In this document: one piece after another, positions 58,751 to 64,000 of the stretch | Position numbering within the stretch: the first letter of the stretch is position 1 | Layout of the letters: every line of letters begins with the position of its first letter | DNA from: an uncultured delta proteobacterium | Lineage (GTDB): Bacteria > Desulfobacterota > WTBG01 | DNA: 64,000 bases | NCBI GenBank assembly: GCA_963752035.1 | Contig: CAVVWZ010000028.1 | Location: forward strand, 7,738 to 71,737 | Direction of reading: 5' to 3' | Program-made: the position numbers and the translations under genes | Notes under the pieces: generated by a model | The model's input: only the letters and a program-made list of their open reading frames with translations | Databases searched by the model: none | What the model was told of the DNA's origin: nothing

Positions 58751-58878
58751 TGATTCGATTCGTATTTATTTAACAGACCCTTAGAGTGAAAACCATTAAT
58801 AGTGCTAACTCAGCACTTAGTCCTGAGTTAATAAATTCGTTATCGTATTTATGAATCGATGGACTAGAAGGAGGAACG

Positions 58879-60168
58879 ATGTTACTAATTAAAAATGGAA
58901 GAGTCCTTGATCCGGCCAATGGGGTAGATGATTACCTCAATGTCCTCGTCGACCACGGCACTGTTGTTGAGGTATCCAAGAGTGCATTTGAAGGCCAGGA
59001 AAAAGAGGGCAGGATGGAGGTCATTGATGCCCGGGAGATGCTCGTGGTACCCGGCCTTCTTGATATGCATGTCCACTTACGGGAGCCGGGCCATGAGTAC
59101 AAAGAGACCATACAAACAGGCTGTCAAGCAGCAGCTGCAGGAGGGTTTACCTCGATAGCCTGTATGCCCAACACCAATCCGGTCAATGACAACAAATCGG
59201 TAACCGAGTATATTATTGACAGGGCACAGCGTGAGGGATGTGTGAATGTCTTTCCTGTGGGAGCAATCACTAAAGGCCTCGCGGGAGAAGCACTTTCAGA
59301 AATGGGTGAATTGCGAGCGGCAGGTGCAGTAGCGGTCTCTGACGATGGGAAAGCTGTTAAGAATAGTGAGCTGATGAGACGGGCAATGGAATATGCGAAA
59401 ACCTTTGACCTTCTGGTCATTTGCCACTGTGAGGATTCAGATGTGGCAGCGAGTGGTGTTATGAATGAGAGTTTTACTTCTACTCGATTAGGGCTAAAGG
59501 GAATTCCCAGTGTTGCCGAAGAAATAGTGGTAGCCCGGGATATACTTTTAGCTGAGTTGACCGGTTGTCGAATTCACATAGCCCATGTGAGTACAGAAGG
59601 GTCAGTTCGTATTATCCGCGATGCCAAAGCACGGGGTGTTCGGGTCACTGCTGAGACTGCTCCCCATTACTTTAGCCTGACTGAAGAGCTCTTGACATCG
59701 TTTGATACCAACCTGAAGGTAAATCCGCCGCTGAGAAGTTCAAGGGATGTTGAGGCAATCAAAGAAGGACTTCACGACGGTGTGATTGATGTTATTGCTA
59801 CTGACCATGCTCCGCACTCTTCTTTAGAAAAAGACATAGAATTTGACTATGCTTCACCCGGTATGGTTGGGTTAGAAACGGCACTGCCACTGGCACTAAA
59901 GCTTGTCACTGATGGAGTAGTGTCCTTGTCTGAACTGCTGGCAAAGTGCACTGTTCAGCCCGCACAAATACTTGGTGTGCAAAAGGGTACCCTCAGTCCG
60001 GGGAGCGAAGCAGATATTACTGTTATTGATCTATCTCAAGAACACACTGTAGATGCTTCGCACTTAAAGTCGAAAAGCAAAAACTCTCCTTTCCACGGCT
60101 GGGATGTAAAGGGGAAAGTCCTCTCTACTCTGGTTAAGGGAAGGGTTATATACAAAGCGGACGGGTAG
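58879..60168 (+). CDS. pyrC: dihydroorotase
   Basis: 429 aa: [10 protein letters not shown], ..HVST.., ATDHAPH. Confidence 0.95.
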   Translation: MLLIKNGRVLDPANGVDDYLNVLVDHGTVVEVSKSAFEGQEKEGRMEVIDAREMLVVPGLLDMHVHLREPGHEYKETIQTGCQAAAAGGFTSIACMPNTNPVNDNKSVTEYIIDRAQREGCVNVFPVGAITKGLAGEALSEMGELRAAGAVAVSDDGKAVKNSELMRRAMEYAKTFDLLVICHCEDSDVAASGVMNESFTSTRLGLKGIPSVAEEIVVARDILLAELTGCRIHIAHVSTEGSVRIIRDAKARGVRVTAETAPHYFSLTEELLTSFDTNLKVNPPLRSSRDVEAIKEGLHDGVIDVIATDHAPHSSLEKDIEFDYASPGMVGLETALPLALKLVTDGVVSLSELLAKCTVQPAQILGVQKGTLSPGSEADITVIDLSQEHTVDASHLKSKSKNSPFHGWDVKGKVLSTLVKGRVIYKADG

Positions 60169-60206
60169 TTTAGTAAAGCACACAGGATAACGCAGTGAGG
60201 TTCAGG

Positions 60207-61592
60207 ATGGAAACTATTTTAGTAGTAGATGATGAGCCGAGTATCAGAGAAATTCTTCAAATTATGCTGGAGCGTGAGGGCTATCAGGTCTCCTGTGCAG
60301 ATAACGGAAGATCGGCCATCAAACTGTTTGAAAAAGAGCGGTACGATGTTGTCATCGCCGATATCAGGATGCCGAAGGTCAATGGTTTTGAAGTGCTGGC
60401 AGAGATAAAAAAGATTTCTCCGGAAACCAAGGTTATTATGATTACGGCTTTTGCGTCTTTTGAATCTGCCGTTGAATCCATGAAAGAAGGTGCCTACGAT
60501 TACATTACCAAACCGTTTAACATTGATGAAGTCAAAACAACCATAAGAAAGGCATTACAAAAAAACGGGTCATCTGAGCAAGACATCCAGAAGGAGAAAG
60601 AAAATGGAAAGGTAGAACAGTTTGCGGGAATGGTCAGCTCCAGCCCAGAGATGCTCAGAGTGTTTTCTGTGATTCCCAAAGCGGCAGCTTCAAAAGCCAA
60701 CGTGCTTATTACCGGGGAAAGTGGTACCGGTAAAGAATTGGTGGCACGGGCAATTCACAGTAATAGTCCAAGAAAAAATGGGCCCTTTATAACCATCAAC
60801 TGCGGTGGGGTGCCGGAGCAGCTTTTGGAAAGTGAACTCTTCGGTTATACAAAAGGATCATTTACGGGAGCCATTACCGATAAAATCGGTCTCTTTGAAG
60901 CCGCCCACCAGGGGACCATATTTTTAGATGAAATCGGGGATTTACCGTTGGCCCTACAGGTTAAACTGCTCAGGATTGTTCAGGAAAAATCCTTCAAACC
61001 GGTGGGTGGTACCAAAGAAGTTAGTGTTGATGTGCGGATTATTTCAGCGACCAACATCAATCTGGAAGAACAGGTTATCAAAGGTACATTTAGAGAAGAT
61101 CTCTTCTACCGCTTAAATGTAATCCATATTAGAATACCCCCCCTGCGGGAACGCAAAGAGGATATACCCCTTCTGGCCCAGCATTTTATCGAACAGTACT
61201 CACGTGAATCAGAAAAAGAAATTCGTACGATTTCTTCCTATGCCCTGCAAACGCTTCTTGACTACAGCTTCCCCGGTAATGTCAGAGAACTTGAAAATAT
61301 CGTGGAGCGAAGCGTCGCACTGGAAACCTCCAATATAATCCTTCCGGAGAGCCTGACCCTGTCACGGTACAAGAGAGAAAAGGAGCACAGTGAACTTCCA
61401 AATACTGACATCCCCCCTGAAGGGATTGATCTGGAAAAAGTGGTGGGAGAACTGGAAAAACAGTTGCTGCTCAAAGCACTGCAAAAAACAAACGGTGAAA
61501 TGAAACAGGCAGCAAAACTCCTGAACATTCCCTACAGGTCGATTCGGTATCGATTAGAAAAATACGATATCAAAGATGCGAGGCTTATGTAG
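60207..61592 (+). CDS. sigma-54-dependent response regulator (NtrC family)
   Basis: Receiver ([12 protein letters not shown].., VIADIRMP), AAA+ ([21 protein letters not shown]), C-terminal Fis-type HTH. Start moved to METILVV... Confidence 0.9.
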   Translation: METILVVDDEPSIREILQIMLEREGYQVSCADNGRSAIKLFEKERYDVVIADIRMPKVNGFEVLAEIKKISPETKVIMITAFASFESAVESMKEGAYDYITKPFNIDEVKTTIRKALQKNGSSEQDIQKEKENGKVEQFAGMVSSSPEMLRVFSVIPKAAASKANVLITGESGTGKELVARAIHSNSPRKNGPFITINCGGVPEQLLESELFGYTKGSFTGAITDKIGLFEAAHQGTIFLDEIGDLPLALQVKLLRIVQEKSFKPVGGTKEVSVDVRIISATNINLEEQVIKGTFREDLFYRLNVIHIRIPPLRERKEDIPLLAQHFIEQYSRESEKEIRTISSYALQTLLDYSFPGNVRELENIVERSVALETSNIILPESLTLSRYKREKEHSELPNTDIPPEGIDLEKVVGELEKQLLLKALQKTNGEMKQAAKLLNIPYRSIRYRLEKYDIKDARLM

Positions 61593-61595
61593 ATT

Positions 61596-63317
61596 ATGAC
61601 CTTGTATAAAGCTGAAGAAGAATCCCGAGACGTTATACTGGGGAAGATCAAGTGGCTCATGAGCTTAAGGCTTGTGATAGCCACTTTTTCATTAGGAACG
61701 GCTGCCCTGGTACAGATTACCGCGGGCAAGCCCTATCTGGATCCCCAGCTCGGTGCCCTCTATGTTATTATTGGACTCATCTATACCTTAAATCTCCTCT
61801 ATGCATTTATTCTAAAAAAGGCGAAACCACTTAGAACTTTTGCATATCTCCAGATTGCCGTTGACCTCCTGTTCATTAGTGCACTGATTAATGTTACCGG
61901 TGGGGTGGGAAGTGCTTTTGCTCTCTTCTATTATTTTGCTATCATTGCGGCCAGCATCATTCTCTACCGGAGGGGGGGGGTCATTGTTGCTTCAGCGAGC
62001 AGTTTCCTTTACGCCTTTATTGCTGTCCTGGAAACCTATAATATTGTTGAGCCTCTTGAGCTGGTTGTTAAGAGTGAGCTTACCCATGGTGCATCGCTCT
62101 TCTTCAATGTGGTGATGAATATTACCGGGTTTTTCTTTGTTGCCCTCTTAAGCAGTTTTCTTTCAGAACAGCTTCGGCAGTCAAGCAAAGCCCTTAAGAT
62201 CAAGGAACAAGACTATCACAGGCTTGAGGCACTTCACCGGAATATCATACAGAGCATAGGCAGTGGACTGTTTACTGTTGACAAAAAGGAGAGAATCTCC
62301 TTTTTTAACCGGGCAGCGGAAGTGATTACCGGGTACAAGTTGTCCCGCGTTTACGGTGTACGGCTCTATGACATCTTCCCGAATTTGCAGAGGACCGGGG
62401 ATGATTCTGAGCAGATGTCAAGCTATGAGGGGATACCTTCACGCTTTGAAATTGCTTTTAACCGGTCCGATGGGGTGCTGGTACATTTGGGCTTTTCAAA
62501 GTCAATGCTCAAGGACAGTGATGGGGGTATTCAGGGTACGGTATATGCCTTCCAGGATGTTACGCGTTTAAAACAGATGGAAGAGCATGTAAAGCTGGTT
62601 GATCGATTAGCAGCAATTGGACGTTTAGCAACGGGGATGGCACATGAGATACGCAACCCCTTAGCTTCAATGAGCGGCTCAATTCAGATGCTTGGAGAGA
62701 CCTTACAGCTCGATTCAGCTAACAAAAGGTTAATGGATATTGTTTTAAAAGAAACGAACAGGCTGGATCAGCTCCTGTCGGATTTTGTACTTTTTACCCA
62801 CCCCGATGACCGGAAAAAAGAATGGGTGGATCTTGACGGAATTATTGATGAGACTCTTCAGATGTTATCATACAATCCGCTAAAAAATGGCATCGAGGTT
62901 GAAAAGAACCTTCAGGTTGGTGCGATGGTGGAAGCTGACTCCCAGCAGCTAAAGCAGGTTTTTTGGAATCTTTTTATCAATGCTGTCCAGGCAATGGGTC
63001 CTGGAGGCAGGTTAACGGTTGCAACAAGTATCCTGAATTACGATAGACTGCATGAAAGTCTCCGGGAACGGCTCAATAGTAAGGTTGGCAAGGAGTGGAC
63101 CGAAATAGTTATTGCTGATACCGGAAGTGGTATACCGGACAACTATCTTGATAAAATTTTTGACCCGTTTTTTACCACAAAAGAAAAAGGGATCGGCTTA
63201 GGGCTTGCAATTGTCTACAGTATTATTGAAAGTTATAAAGGTATAATAGAGGTGACCAGTGCTGACAAAAAAGGCAGCCGGTTTGCCATTTACCTGCCTG
63301 TTGTTTCTCACCAGTGA
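61596..63317 (+). CDS. sensor histidine kinase (multi-TM N-domain-PAS-HisKA-HATPase_c), PilS/NtrB-like
   Basis: 573 aa with ~6 TM helices, a PAS domain, H-box MAHEIRNPLASM, and N/G boxes NLFINAVQAM, DTGSGIP, GIGLGLAIV. Starts 4 nt after the regulator gene. Confidence 0.9.
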   Translation: MTLYKAEEESRDVILGKIKWLMSLRLVIATFSLGTAALVQITAGKPYLDPQLGALYVIIGLIYTLNLLYAFILKKAKPLRTFAYLQIAVDLLFISALINVTGGVGSAFALFYYFAIIAASIILYRRGGVIVASASSFLYAFIAVLETYNIVEPLELVVKSELTHGASLFFNVVMNITGFFFVALLSSFLSEQLRQSSKALKIKEQDYHRLEALHRNIIQSIGSGLFTVDKKERISFFNRAAEVITGYKLSRVYGVRLYDIFPNLQRTGDDSEQMSSYEGIPSRFEIAFNRSDGVLVHLGFSKSMLKDSDGGIQGTVYAFQDVTRLKQMEEHVKLVDRLAAIGRLATGMAHEIRNPLASMSGSIQMLGETLQLDSANKRLMDIVLKETNRLDQLLSDFVLFTHPDDRKKEWVDLDGIIDETLQMLSYNPLKNGIEVEKNLQVGAMVEADSQQLKQVFWNLFINAVQAMGPGGRLTVATSILNYDRLHESLRERLNSKVGKEWTEIVIADTGSGIPDNYLDKIFDPFFTTKEKGIGLGLAIVYSIIESYKGIIEVTSADKKGSRFAIYLPVVSHQ

Positions 63318-63439
63318 AGTTAATCGCAACTCTTGTAGAGGCTAAAATGTGTCCCGTCAGATTTTTCTGAAGGGGTCTAGTGTAGAGCCATTCTGCTCTC
63401 ACCAGGGCATAGCAGTGAAAAATTGCAGCATAGAAATGG

Positions 63440-63997
63440 TCAAGCTGTGCGCTTTGTTAGTGATTTTAAGTATAATGATGAATTACTATGCCAGTAGGTT
63501 AACAGGTAAGCAATAACACCGGTGCTTGCGAATGCTATTAGTTTGAGGGTTAGGTGGGACTGATGGGTTAGCTGCAGGAGCACTACCAGTATATTTGAAA
63601 TGACAAAAAATGAGAGACTATTTATTCCAATACATAAAATAGTGGGCCGGAGCAAATAGTGTTTGGCCACTTGCCAAGTAAGTATCTGTCTTGCCAGCAG
63701 TATCATAAGGTATGGTGTGATTGCCTCTATAATGGTAAAACATTTCCAGTTTCTAATGAAACCATAGTGTAATGTTAGTGCATAGGCACCCAGTAAGGTT
63801 AGGCTAATGATGAATAATTTAGCACTGGAAATCTTAGAAAAAAATTGTTTATCAAAAATGCCTGCCACATAGCCAAACGCGTAAATAATTAAAGCAGGCA
63901 TAAGAGGATAAACAGATAAGGTTCTATCGATAAACATCTTTTTTATCTCGAATGATATCGGCCAGGTGCTATTGTAGAAAATAAAAAACAGGGACAT
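63440..63997 (-). CDS. polytopic membrane protein, unknown function (may continue beyond window edge)
   Basis: 185 aa, hydrophobic throughout (5-6 TM). The Met at 63997 is 3 nt from the window end, so the true start may lie outside. Confidence 0.4.
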   Translation of the reverse strand: MSLFFIFYNSTWPISFEIKKMFIDRTLSVYPLMPALIIYAFGYVAGIFDKQFFSKISSAKLFIISLTLLGAYALTLHYGFIRNWKCFTIIEAITPYLMILLARQILTWQVAKHYLLRPTILCIGINSLSFFVISNILVVLLQLTHQSHLTLKLIAFASTGVIAYLLTYWHSNSSLYLKSLTKRTA

Positions 63998-64000
63998 TGT

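Noticed and set aside
58760-58800. Second PyrR binding site in the pyrB-pyrC spacer (cccttagagtgaaaacc).
   Set aside because: It does not form the bulged hairpin and lacks the loop pattern seen at 57172-57202. Only the generic hairpin is retained, as a low-interest finding.

Overview
This is a 64-kb chromosomal window from a bacterium I cannot place taxonomically from the sequence alone. The sigma-54/PAS-rich signalling genes and the gene order resemble deltaproteobacterial, Nitrospirota or Planctomycetota-type genomes.

Most of the window is syntenic housekeeping:
- mutM (3' end), pgsA, metG, and PSP1/ricT-holB-tmk
- a split methylmalonyl-CoA mutase B12 subunit with meaB and the epimerase
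- mazG, yjbQ, and phoH-pgpH-like-ybeY
- serS, two tRNA-Ser genes and comEC
- xseA-xseB-dxs-tlyA
- the minus-strand string tRNA-Gly-rimP-nusA-infB-DUF503-rbfA-truB-rpsO-pnp-M16 peptidase
- lepB, and pyrR-pyrB-pyrC behind a PyrR-type attenuator
- several two-component systems

I found no rRNA, CRISPR array, intact mobile element or recognisable defence island. I do not see convincing evidence for a new multi-gene system.

The observations most worth a second look are:
1. A ~4.2-kb GAF-PAS-HisKA_3 kinase plus NarL-type regulator operon is broken by five frame disruptions, while every long housekeeping ORF is intact. An intact paralogous regulator lies 0.7 kb downstream.
2. Several families of short intergenic repeats are present. 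One has ~28-nt terminal inverted repeats. Another always sits just upstream of, and co-oriented with, a start codon.
3. Three 'sulfatase-family' paralogues carry a Thr-type (NPP-like) nucleophile motif instead of C/S-x-P-x-R and share a C-terminal LK[SA]LGY tail. An FGE-family gene is in the same window.
4. A self-contained ~100-nt promoter/SD/19-codon ORF/terminator unit lies upstream of a histidine kinase.
5. A decayed integrase fragment abuts the tRNA-Ser promoter.

Coordinates of small features were counted by hand and may be off by a few nt. ORF-track coordinates are used for CDS ends, and several starts were moved to internal Met/SD positions.
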